From: an uncultured Planctomycetaceae bacterium | Lineage (GTDB): Bacteria > Planctomycetota > Planctomycetia > Isosphaerales > Isosphaeraceae | NCBI GenBank assembly: GCA_963833985.1 | Contig: CAWIAD010000001.1 | Coordinates: 2,208,001-2,272,000 of the forward strand | Direction of reading: 5' to 3' | DNA: 64,000 nucleotides | Shown: positions 41,053-50,800 of the stretch, one piece after another | Layout of the letters: each line of letters begins with the position of its first letter | Position numbering within the stretch: the stretch's first letter is position 1 | Program-made: the position numbers and the translations under genes | The notes under the pieces: generated by a model | Told to the model about the DNA's origin: nothing | The model's input: only the letters and a program-made list of their open reading frames with translations | The model's database searches: none

Positions 41053-42162
41053 ATGTGCAGCGTATTCCTCCTGATCGCACTACTTGGGGACCACCAGGCC
41101 GACGAGATTCTCAGTGGGAACGAGCAAGCGACGGGAGCAATCTACACACTCCGCACGACGATTCAGTCACGGGTCAGCGAGGACGGAGGAGGATCGTGGA
41201 TGGACATGACGACACTCTCCGTGCTCCGCACCGGCCAGAAGGAGATGTGGATTAGTCGTGGGCGTCATCTATTCGTCGGAGGGAGGATCGAGGAGAAGCT
41301 TTCATACTTCCAGCGCCTCTCAACCACTGAGGGCCAGTGGGATCTCGCGGCGACAAACCTGGAGGAACCACCGCGCGGCCCAATCGACTACGTGGAAATG
41401 GACATGGATGGGAAGCGCGTCGGCGGCACCATCAGGCCTCCGCAGCCATTCGGACCAGCTGGCTACGGGATGGTCGAGAAGACCTTGATGTTCACTTTTG
41501 CGGGAAAAACGCTCCGCGAGCTATTTTCGTCGACCGGGAACGTGAGGGCGAAGGCCGGCAGTGACGGACGCGGAGAACCCACATGGGAGTTCAACCTGAG
41601 GGACAGCGATTCGCGTCGTTTCGAGATTTCACTGTCCCCTTCTCATAACTACCTGGCATGCAAGCTGGTCATGTCCACGAAGGACGGCCAGGTGTACCCG
41701 TACTTCGGCATGCTTGTCGTGGAGAAGTGGCAGGAGCCGAAACCGGGCATCTTTCTACCGAAAGTAGTCCGCAGCGGGTCACCAAGTAGGCCTGGGTTTC
41801 TCCAGGAAATTCAGATCGGCGATACGATCGTCAATGAGCCAATGGTCGACGAGAAGTTCCAGCTCGATTTCCCTAGCGGGGCCGCCGTCCGGGACGAGAC
41901 TCACGCAAACTGCGTTTACATCTGGGGCGAGGGGAAGCCCGAAATGACCTTCAAGGACCTGAAGGAGTTTGACCGGTGGAAGGACGCCCGGAAGGCTGCG
42001 ATCCTGAGGAGGAGGAGGCAGGCGTCCTGGTTGTCGTCAAACTGGCCATGGGTCCTGGCCATCTCCACGATCGGGGTCGGTGGAGTGTTCTGGCTGCGCC
42101 GACTAATTTTGCGAGGACCACACGCAACGCCAGGGGGGCGCGCTTCGTCCAGTACTGTCTGA
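41053..42162 (+). CDS. Exported LolA-like-fold protein with C-terminal TM anchor
   Basis: GGAG RBS; signal peptide; NEPMVDEKFQLDFPSGAAVRD; WPWVLAISTIGVGGVFWLRR anchor. Confidence 0.68.
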   Translation: MCSVFLLIALLGDHQADEILSGNEQATGAIYTLRTTIQSRVSEDGGGSWMDMTTLSVLRTGQKEMWISRGRHLFVGGRIEEKLSYFQRLSTTEGQWDLAATNLEEPPRGPIDYVEMDMDGKRVGGTIRPPQPFGPAGYGMVEKTLMFTFAGKTLRELFSSTGNVRAKAGSDGRGEPTWEFNLRDSDSRRFEISLSPSHNYLACKLVMSTKDGQVYPYFGMLVVEKWQEPKPGIFLPKVVRSGSPSRPGFLQEIQIGDTIVNEPMVDEKFQLDFPSGAAVRDETHANCVYIWGEGKPEMTFKDLKEFDRWKDARKAAILRRRRQASWLSSNWPWVLAISTIGVGGVFWLRRLILRGPHATPGGRASSSTV

Positions 42163-42177
42163 CCCACTGAGGATGCA

Positions 42178-43290
42178 ATGGCTGACGCCGAACCGAGGCC
42201 GGCGCGCACTCTCTGGTCGGTGCGTGCACTCACGCCGTACTTTTTTTTGGCCCTGCTCGCGGCCGCGACCTCGCTTACGGTCTGGCGTGTGATCCACGTG
42301 GACAGGCCAGAGCCCGACCTGCCCGCGCCTGTCATCGAGCCCTCGGACATCGACATGACGGACCATGCCTACCCGGAGTTCGAGAGGATCGAGCGCAAAT
42401 TCAGGATCGGCAATCCACTGGGTCGTCCAATAGTCGTCACAGCCATCCAGACCTCGTGCGCTTGCATGGCAACGGTGGGGGAGGGGGGATCGGAGCCCCC
42501 GTTCACAATCCCTCCCAACCAGGGTGTGAACTGTCTCATCCGCGCCAATCCGTATGCGGGAGATGACCCGGTACGCACCTATAGTTGTTCGGTCGTCTCG
42601 GAGTGCGACGGTCGCCCCCTCCCTGTGGCGTCCGTGAGGCTGCACGTCACGGTCGAAGATCTGCTCAAGGCAGAGCCGACGTCGCTCGCGCTCGTCTGCC
42701 CCGGCAGTGAGAAGTCGGCTGTCGGCTCAGTACTGCTGTACACGAAATCGCGTCGTGCAACAATCCCGGAGCCCCGTATCGAACAGCCCGACCTGCCCAA
42801 CATAGAGGCCAAGCTAACAGCGTGGCAGGGAGGCGCGGAGCCACTGCCAAGTTATGTTACAAGATTCAAGGTCGATGTTACGGTTACTCCGGGGGACAGC
42901 TTGGCCGAACCTGTTATAGGAACCGTGTCCGTGCTTCGGCGGGACGGCGAGCCGCTCCGAATCCCCGTGCTCTGTTCCTTCCGGCTTCCTTATCGCCTTT
43001 CTCCGGAAGCCGTCGAGATCGCGGGGAACCCCGGGGAGCAGGTTGAGCGAGAGGTCTTCTACAATGCCCTGGATCCTGCGTGGAGAGAGCTGCGGACGAC
43101 GTCCCTGCCCGGAAACGTGTCTCTCGATCTCGAGGGTTTTGACCCGAACACGACCGTGCTCAAGATGCGTATTCGGGTGCCAGAGGGATCGACAGCCCCT
43201 CGGGAAGGACCACATCAGAACATAAGGCTTAGCACAGCGGACGGACAGCATGCCATCCAAATCCCGATCCGCTACAGCGTGCCCGAGTGA
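42178..43290 (+). CDS. DUF1573-like multi-Ig-domain membrane protein
   Basis: N-terminal [25 protein letters not shown]...IPP motif. Confidence 0.72.
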   Translation: MADAEPRPARTLWSVRALTPYFFLALLAAATSLTVWRVIHVDRPEPDLPAPVIEPSDIDMTDHAYPEFERIERKFRIGNPLGRPIVVTAIQTSCACMATVGEGGSEPPFTIPPNQGVNCLIRANPYAGDDPVRTYSCSVVSECDGRPLPVASVRLHVTVEDLLKAEPTSLALVCPGSEKSAVGSVLLYTKSRRATIPEPRIEQPDLPNIEAKLTAWQGGAEPLPSYVTRFKVDVTVTPGDSLAEPVIGTVSVLRRDGEPLRIPVLCSFRLPYRLSPEAVEIAGNPGEQVEREVFYNALDPAWRELRTTSLPGNVSLDLEGFDPNTTVLKMRIRVPEGSTAPREGPHQNIRLSTADGQHAIQIPIRYSVPE

Positions 43291-44374
43291 CGCATACTGG
43301 TCCACATCGTCGAGCGGCACGCCCCATCCGGGATTCACGCTCATCGAGCTGGTTGTCGTGCTCGGCATCATCGCCGTGCTGGTCGGGTTTCTTCTGCCCG
43401 CGGTCCAGTCGGCTCGTGAGGCAGCCCGGCGCAGCGAGTGCGCCAACAACCTGCGGCAGATCGGGCTCGCGATCGATGCCTATCACGAGCGCTGCGGGTC
43501 GCTGCCCATCGGTCACCTGCTCAACTACGATCCCCGCTACGAGAAGACCCCTCCGGGCCATCCCGATTGCCACAGCGGGGCCGGAGACAAGAGCTTTCTC
43601 GTCCTGATTCTGCCCGACCTGGGCATGGGCCCGCTGTACAATGCCATCAACCAGGACCTGTCGATCTATTCCCGCGAAAATCGAACCATCTTCGCGGTCT
43701 CCGTCGGCACGATGGCCTGCCCCAGCGATCCGGACGCGGGGACGCCGCGCCCGATGGATCTTCACAGCCTCGTCCTGGGCGGAGAGGCGGACGAGGGCGA
43801 GCACCTCGACGCTGCCTTCACCAGCTACGTAGGAAGCTTCGGGTCCTTGCCGGTCGTGGCGTTTCCCAATCCCGCTAACCAGTGCAAGCCCGACCCGAGG
43901 GCCGTCGCCCAGTGCAACGGCTGCCTCAACGATGTCTCGCCGTTGACGTTCTCGGCGATCGCGGACGGGCTGAGCAACACGATGCTCGCGGCTGAGCGGT
44001 CCACGACCATGCTGGCCGATGCCCGGGGGCCCGATCCGCGACACGGCTGGTTTTTTTCCAGCACGTCGAGCGACACGCTCTTCTTTGCGACCTTTCCCCC
44101 GAACCTGTACAAGCTGGACGTCGCCCAGGTGCTCCCGAGCGCCGCGTCGAGCCTGCACCCGGGAGGGCTGAACGTCCTCTTTTGCGACGGCTCGTGCCGG
44201 TTCATCAAGGAGACGATCCAGTCCTGGCCGGTCGATCTGGACGCCTTGATCCCCGATCCGCTCGGCGCGACCGAGACGCCCGGCCGTTGGTGGATCAACC
44301 TGCCGCCGGTGGGCGTCTGGCAGGCGCTCAGCACCCGCGCCGATGGCGAGACGATCGATGCAATGGCGTATTAG
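43250..44374 (+). CDS. DUF1559 prepilin-type protein
   Basis: [47 protein letters not shown]. Confidence 0.93.
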   Translation: MPSKSRSATACPSDAYWSTSSSGTPHPGFTLIELVVVLGIIAVLVGFLLPAVQSAREAARRSECANNLRQIGLAIDAYHERCGSLPIGHLLNYDPRYEKTPPGHPDCHSGAGDKSFLVLILPDLGMGPLYNAINQDLSIYSRENRTIFAVSVGTMACPSDPDAGTPRPMDLHSLVLGGEADEGEHLDAAFTSYVGSFGSLPVVAFPNPANQCKPDPRAVAQCNGCLNDVSPLTFSAIADGLSNTMLAAERSTTMLADARGPDPRHGWFFSSTSSDTLFFATFPPNLYKLDVAQVLPSAASSLHPGGLNVLFCDGSCRFIKETIQSWPVDLDALIPDPLGATETPGRWWINLPPVGVWQALSTRADGETIDAMAY

Positions 44375-44391
44375 ACGACCGGGAGAGACGC

Positions 44392-45954
44392 CTAGGTATT
44401 CACCAGCCGCGATTCGCCACGGACCATCTGGCGGGTCAGCACGGCGAAGTGCGTGTGCGTGATGCACTTCCAGGCGAACTGGAAGAGGTAGCGCGGGGGG
44501 CGGCCGGAGAGAAGCAGCTTGCGCAGGTGCCGGGCGTAGGCGGGGCGGTAGGGCCGGGTGCGCGGGTCCGACCAGATGCGCGCCAGCAAGATCAAGGCGC
44601 CGGCGACGGTCAGGAACTGGATCTTCAGGTACGACAGCGGACGATGCCTGCGCAGCCAGTCCATCCGGAAGCTGGCCAGCGGGATGCGGTTCCTCAAGAA
44701 CAGGTCGTCGAAGCGGTCGAGGAAATTATCCACCTGATAGAGCCGGTCCATGAGGTCGAGCCAGCCGTCGCGCATCGTTTCGCGGGTCATTTGCAGGGGG
44801 ATGATGTTCGTGGCGATGTCGGGGTCGTCGACGGCCGCGTTGTCGAGCCGGCCCTCGGCTTCGAGCCGGTCGTAGAGGGGCGTCTTGGGGATGGCCGAGA
44901 GCATGCCGGCCATCGCGGCGACGATCCGCGCCTGCTTCAGGAACTCGAACTGGCGATCGAAGACGGTCTCGTCGTCGCTGTCGAAGCCGACGATCATGCC
45001 GGCGTAGACCTCCAGCCCGTGCGCCTGGACGCGGTGCACGCGCTCGAGCATACTCCCGCGCACGTTCTGAAACTTCCGGGTCTCGCGGAGAGCCTCCTCA
45101 TCCGGGCTCTCGATGCCGATGAAGACGGCCACCAGGCCGGCCTCGGTCATGAGCCGCATGAGCTCGTCGTCCTCGGCCAGGTCGAGCGAGGCCTCGGTGA
45201 AGAACGTGAGCGGATAGCCGTTGCTCTGCTGCCAGGTGATGATGGCCCGCAGAATCTCCTTGGCCGCCTTCTTGTTGCCGATGAAGTTGTCGTCGACCAG
45301 GAAGATGACGCGGGCGCCCAGGCGGTACTGCGCGTCGATCTCGGCGATCACCTGGGCCGGCCGCTTGATCCGTGGGCGGCGGCCGAAGATCACTATGATG
45401 TCGCAGAACTCGCACTGGAAAGGACAGCCGCGCGAGGTCTGCACGCAGCCCATCGCGTACTCGCGAAACCGGATCAGGTCGTAGCGGGGCAAGGGCACCC
45501 TGGTCATGTCCGTCTTCTCGGCCTGCTCATAGCGCGCCTGGTGCTCGCCGCGTGACCAGTCGTCAAGGAAGCGCGGCCAGGTCTCCTCGGCCTCACCCAC
45601 GAAGGTCACGTCGACCAGTCCTTCGAACCAGTTCTCCGCCACACTGATCCAGGGCCCGCCCACCACGGTGAAGATGTCTCTCTCGGCAAGTTCCAGGAGA
45701 ATCTCCCGCATGCGGTCGCGCTGGACCGTCATGCCCGTCAATCCGACGATGTCAAAGGACCGCAGCCGGTCGAAATCGATCTCCTCGACGTTCTCGTCGA
45801 TGAGGACCACTTCGTGCCCGGCAGGAGTCAGTCCCGCCAGCACCGGCAAGGCCAGAACAGGCATGGTCGCCCGTTTTCCCAGCATTGGCAGCCCGTGATT
45901 CAGACCCCAGAAGGAGACGGGGAACCGCGGATTGATGAGGCAGATTCGTGCCAT
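44392..45954 (-). CDS. B12-binding radical SAM protein (DUF4070 type)
   Basis: N-terminal B12 domain (VVGGPW); SRGCPFQCEFC; DDNFIGN; FIGIES. Confidence 0.92.
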   Translation of the reverse strand: MARICLINPRFPVSFWGLNHGLPMLGKRATMPVLALPVLAGLTPAGHEVVLIDENVEEIDFDRLRSFDIVGLTGMTVQRDRMREILLELAERDIFTVVGGPWISVAENWFEGLVDVTFVGEAEETWPRFLDDWSRGEHQARYEQAEKTDMTRVPLPRYDLIRFREYAMGCVQTSRGCPFQCEFCDIIVIFGRRPRIKRPAQVIAEIDAQYRLGARVIFLVDDNFIGNKKAAKEILRAIITWQQSNGYPLTFFTEASLDLAEDDELMRLMTEAGLVAVFIGIESPDEEALRETRKFQNVRGSMLERVHRVQAHGLEVYAGMIVGFDSDDETVFDRQFEFLKQARIVAAMAGMLSAIPKTPLYDRLEAEGRLDNAAVDDPDIATNIIPLQMTRETMRDGWLDLMDRLYQVDNFLDRFDDLFLRNRIPLASFRMDWLRRHRPLSYLKIQFLTVAGALILLARIWSDPRTRPYRPAYARHLRKLLLSGRPPRYLFQFAWKCITHTHFAVLTRQMVRGESRLVNT

Positions 45955-46093
45955 GTTCACTTCATGCGAAAGAAGGGAGGACCGGCCGTCCGTTCAAACG
46001 GCTTGCGAGGACAATTGCATATAGCAGAAATATCGTGAACCTGCGATCGCCTGATCAAGAAAAAAAATGCAGATTCGCAAATTCTATGGGGTC

Positions 46094-47380
46094 TCAGGGC
46101 GATTGGATGAGTGCCTGACCGCCGAGGGATGTGGAGAGGACATCATTCTCCGCACCAATCGGCGTTGCGGGCGGTTCGGTTGCGTCACCATTCGCGGGCC
46201 TGGAAGCGCTGGCCTCCTGGCCCCGGCCGTACCGGCGATGTGCCTTGGCGAAGGTTCCGGAGACGACTGCGGCCATCAAGGAGAGCTCGAGGGCCGCTGC
46301 CGATGCGGCAATGATCTCGGCCAGCTTGCGCGAGGCATGCGGGCCCTCGCTGCAACCCAGCAGCTCAAGGTTGCGGCGCTGCGCCGGCAGACGGGTTCCG
46401 CCGCCGATGGTTCCCACGGTGAGTGAGGGGAGACTGACGCGGAACGTGACGCCGTGACCCTCCTGGCAGACCCCTGCGGCCTCGCTGAAGCCGACTGCAT
46501 TCTCGGCCACACAGGCGGTGTCCTGTCCGGTGGCAAGATAGAGCGCGGTCAGGCCGTTGGCGAGATGCAGGTTGTGCCCGAGCATGCCGATCGCCTGTCC
46601 CGAATTGACGGCGAGCCGCTGGAATTCGAGGATCCGCTCGGCGGTGACGCCAAGAAAATCGAGGACGTGGTGGGGAATCGTGAACTCGACGGCCACGGAG
46701 TGGCCCCGGCCGTTCATGAGGCTGCGCCGCGATGGCTTCTTGTCGCTGTTGAAACCGGATTCTAGAAAGAACTGAAGCTTTCGATCAGCCTGGATGAACT
46801 GGCAAGCCGCCTCGGTGGCCAGCGTGACCATATTCTGACCGGCCGCGTTGCCGGTGTCGTAGATGAAGTCGAGGATCACCCAGTTCTGGATCACCGTCGG
46901 TTCGATGCGCAGCAGACGGCCATGGCGGGTCGTGCTTTCCGCGGCCCGGCGGATCGGTTCGTCATGCGCCCGCACCCAGTCGAGGAAGGGGTGGATCGCC
47001 GCGATCGATGGGAGCTCGAAAGCGGGGCTGCGGCTCAATTCTTGCTTCAGGTGCACGGTACGGCAGCCGCCCGCCATCGCCGTGGCCAGAAAACCGCGGT
47101 TCATCGACAGTGTGAGCGTCCCCTCGAGCGTGCATAAAGGAACCACGAACTCACCCTTGGCGTAATCGCCATGAATCACCAGGGGTGCCGCAATCGACAT
47201 GGGCAAGGGGACATAGCCGACATGGTTTTCAATGATCCCGCGCAGCTCCTCGGGAGCCGGCCGGCAGTCGTCCAGCAGGGAATGCCCCGTGACGCGCTCC
47301 ACCCAGCGACGCCGCCGGACGGTATCCTCCGATCGATATCCGCCTGGCGGCTTGCCCGGAATCTGCGGCTGCACGGCCAT
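46094..47380 (-). CDS. Class I-like hydroxymethylglutaryl-CoA reductase
   Basis: IENHVG, TLEGTL, TGNAAGQNMV, DKK, ATGQD, VGTIGGGT, C-terminal His (AHRR). Confidence 0.88.
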   Translation of the reverse strand: MAVQPQIPGKPPGGYRSEDTVRRRRWVERVTGHSLLDDCRPAPEELRGIIENHVGYVPLPMSIAAPLVIHGDYAKGEFVVPLCTLEGTLTLSMNRGFLATAMAGGCRTVHLKQELSRSPAFELPSIAAIHPFLDWVRAHDEPIRRAAESTTRHGRLLRIEPTVIQNWVILDFIYDTGNAAGQNMVTLATEAACQFIQADRKLQFFLESGFNSDKKPSRRSLMNGRGHSVAVEFTIPHHVLDFLGVTAERILEFQRLAVNSGQAIGMLGHNLHLANGLTALYLATGQDTACVAENAVGFSEAAGVCQEGHGVTFRVSLPSLTVGTIGGGTRLPAQRRNLELLGCSEGPHASRKLAEIIAASAAALELSLMAAVVSGTFAKAHRRYGRGQEASASRPANGDATEPPATPIGAENDVLSTSLGGQALIQSP

Positions 47381-47867
47381 GAAGCTTTTCCCTCCCGTTC
47401 GGGTTCCGCGCGGTCCTGGGAGGGCTTGCTTGGCTCGTCTGAAAGATGCTCCCCTGGCCCGACCTAACGCTTGATTTCACGTGCATGCTAACGCCAAGCC
47501 AATTATCGGCAACTGCCGCAGATTTCCCGCTCAAAAAAAGTCTCTGCCCGGAGTGTGCTGGACTTCTCTGACGCAGGTACGCCCCGACTCCCCGCCATTT
47601 GCGCTGTCCTCGACAAAAATGGTCAATCCCTGTGCACTCGGAGTGGGCCGGTGCAGCCTCGGGTGTAGAATAATCCGATATACTCTGGCCCTCTTCCTGT
47701 TCGGCTAAGCCGGACGATGAGCCGCGCTTGTTGACCGGAACATCATCGGCTGTCGGCTTCACTCGATTCTTTCTATCCATCGGACCAGTCCGACCGGCAT
47801 TCGCCCCCGTCCCATAGCATCTGGCTGCATGCAGCGAGGGCACCCGATCCACCAGGAGAGACAGGGA

Positions 47868-50800
47868 ATGACTCACGGGAGTCCGACGCCCTACGCGTCT
47901 TCCGAGCGAGCCGAGAAGGACGATCCCGCAATGGGTACCGCTCCCAGCCTGGTCGTGGGAATCGGGGCGTCGTCGGGCGGCCTCGAAGCCATCGAAGCAT
48001 TCTTCTCGGCGTTTCCCCGGCAGACCGGACTGGCATTTGTGGTCGTCCGGAACGAGGAGGATGAGCCGCACGCCGCGCTGCTGGAAGTCCTTTCCAGGCG
48101 GTGCGAGGTTCCCGCCCTGGAGGCACGTGACGGCACGGTTCTGGTTTCCGACCAGATCTACGTCGCACCGCCGGATGCAATCGTGCAGCTTCACGAAGGG
48201 GTGCTCAGCGTGGAGCAGGCGTCGACCCCGGAAAATCGACGGTCGCTCATCGACGCCTTCTTCCATTCCCTGTCCGACGATCGCCGAGCAGGCTGCATCG
48301 GGGTGATTCTCTCCGGCAGCGGAACCGATGGCACGCTTGGCCTGAAGGCCATCAGCGATGCGGGCGGCATGACGATCGCGCAGGAGCCCCAGACCGCTCG
48401 GTACGACAGCATGCCCCGCAGCGGTGCGACCCTCGGCGCGGCGGATCGCGTGCTGCCGCCCGAGAAGATGGCCGGAGAGATCCTGGCCTATTCCAGGCAC
48501 GTGCAGGCGCTGCTCTTGGGGGACGAAAAGGGCGTGGTCTACGAGCAGATCGGCGGGGCGCTGAGCACCATTTGCGAGCTCCTGGAACGAGAAACCGAGC
48601 ACAACTTCAAGCATTACAAGACCAGCACGCTGGTGCGCCGGATCAGCCGGCGCATGAGCCTGTTGCGGGTTGGCTCGGCCGAGGACTATGTGGCGCGGCT
48701 GGAGTCGGATTCCTCGGAAGTGGTGGCACTCTTCCGCGAGCTGCTCATTGGCGTCACCTGCTTCTTCCGCGACCCCGACGCATTTGAATCGCTCCGGCAG
48801 AACGTCGTCCGCAAGATCCTGGAGAACCGCGGCTCCCAGGATCCGATCCGGATCTGGGTTCCCGGCTGTGCCACGGGGCAAGAGCCATATACCCTGGCCA
48901 TGGTCATGCGCGAGGAGATGGAGCGCTGCCGGGTCTCCTGCGAGGTCCAGATCTTCGGCACCGACATCAACGAGAAATCCCTGAACACCGCCCGCCAGGG
49001 GGCCTATCCGGCAAGCATCGCGGAGGAGCTCGGCCCAGAGCGACTGGAACGGTTCTTCGTCAGCCAGGGCAAACGTTTCGTGGCCGCCAAGGAAATCCGC
49101 GAGATGTGCGTCTTCTCGCTCCACGACCTGATCCGCGACCCGCCGTTCTCCCGCCTGGACCTGATCTCGTGCCGCAACTTGCTGATCTACCTGGGACCGC
49201 ATCTCCAGAAGAAGCTCATCCCGCTCTTCCACTATGCGCTGCGGCCGGGTGGTTTCTTGTTCCTCGGGCCCTCGGAAAGCTCGGTGCACCATCGTGAGCT
49301 GTTCAAACCGGTGGACGTCAAACACCGCATTGCCCAGCGCCTGCCCACGACGGTGCGGTCGCCGTTGACTCCTCGTCATGAACCTCTGCGGGGCAACCAG
49401 CGGGCAGGTGGTGAGACCGCCCCGGCAAGCCAGTCCGATATCCACCTGGTCATGCAGCGTATCTTGCTTGACGAATTCGCACCGAAGTCCGTGGTGGTCA
49501 ACGGTGACGGCCAGATTGCCTGCGCCTCCGCCGGCATGGAGCGCTACCTCACGATCGGCGACGGACTCTTCCAGAACAACATCATCCGTCTGGCGCGCAG
49601 CACGCTGCGCGTGGGGATCCGCTCGGCGCTCTCAGAAGCAATCGAAAGCCGCCGTACGGTGACGAAGGATGATCTGGCCGACAAGACCGAGAAGGGGCTC
49701 AACCGCATCCGGCTCACGGTCCAGCCCATGCCCCAGTTCGGCGAGGGGAGCGGGCTGTACATGCTCGTCTTCGAGGATCTCGGACCCCTCGCGGATCGCC
49801 ACGAAGGCGGAAACTTCCGATCCGACGACGATGCCAACGCACTCATCGAGCAGCTCGAGCACGAGCTCCAGACGACACGCAATGACCTGGAGCGGACGAT
49901 CCAGGACATCGAGGCGGCGAATGAGGAGCTCAAATCGTCCAATGAAGAGCTGCTGTCGATGAATGAAGAGCTTCAGTCGGCCAACGAGGAGCTCGAGACC
50001 TCACGCGAGGAAGTCCAGTCGATCAACGAAGCACTCATGCGGTCCAACAACGACCTTGAGAATTTGCTGGCCAGCACCCAGGTGGCCACGATCTTCCTGG
50101 ACGAACAGCGGAACATTCAACGGTTCACGCCGGCAGTCACCCAGATCTACAACCTCATTCCCGGAGACATTGGACGGCCGTTGCACCATATCACCCACCG
50201 AGCTTCCTACATGCCCCCGCTTCCGGAGCCCGGCAGGCCGTTCGAGAAATGCGAGGAGGTGGAGATTCAGACCGAAAGCGGCGCCTGGTACGTGCGGCGC
50301 ATCCTGCCTTACCGCACCGCGGAGCGGACGCAGCAAGGACTTGTCGTCACCTTCGTGGACGTGACGGACCTGAAGCGCGTGGCGGCGACTCTGCAAGACC
50401 GGGAATCGCGTCTCTCACTGGCGCTTGACGCCGGCGGCATGGGAACCTGGGAATGGAACCTTGCCAGCAATGCCGTGCGGTGCTCGGATCGCACGCTGGC
50501 ACTTTGCAGCCTGGACCCCGGCCAGGCGACGCTCACCGCGGAACGTTTCTTCAGGCAAATGCACCCGGACGACCTGGTCACCGTGCGCGAATCGGTGCGC
50601 AAGGCCATCGAGGGTGAGGGCACCTACAACATCGAATTTCGGGTGCTCCCGGCCGGTGAGCCACCACGGTGGCTGGCGGCCCGGGGACGCGTGCGTTGCG
50701 GTGCGGACGGTCAGCCCGTGTCGATCCACGGGGTGGTCTTCGACATCACGCCTCGCAAGAACGCGGAGGAGAGCATCCGGCAGAGCGAGAGCCAGTTCCG

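Noticed and set aside
47229..49445. 738-aa reverse-strand ORF and similar long antisense ORFs (e.g. 14818-16257, 10139-11719)
   Set aside because: Shadows of real high-GC genes on the opposite strand.
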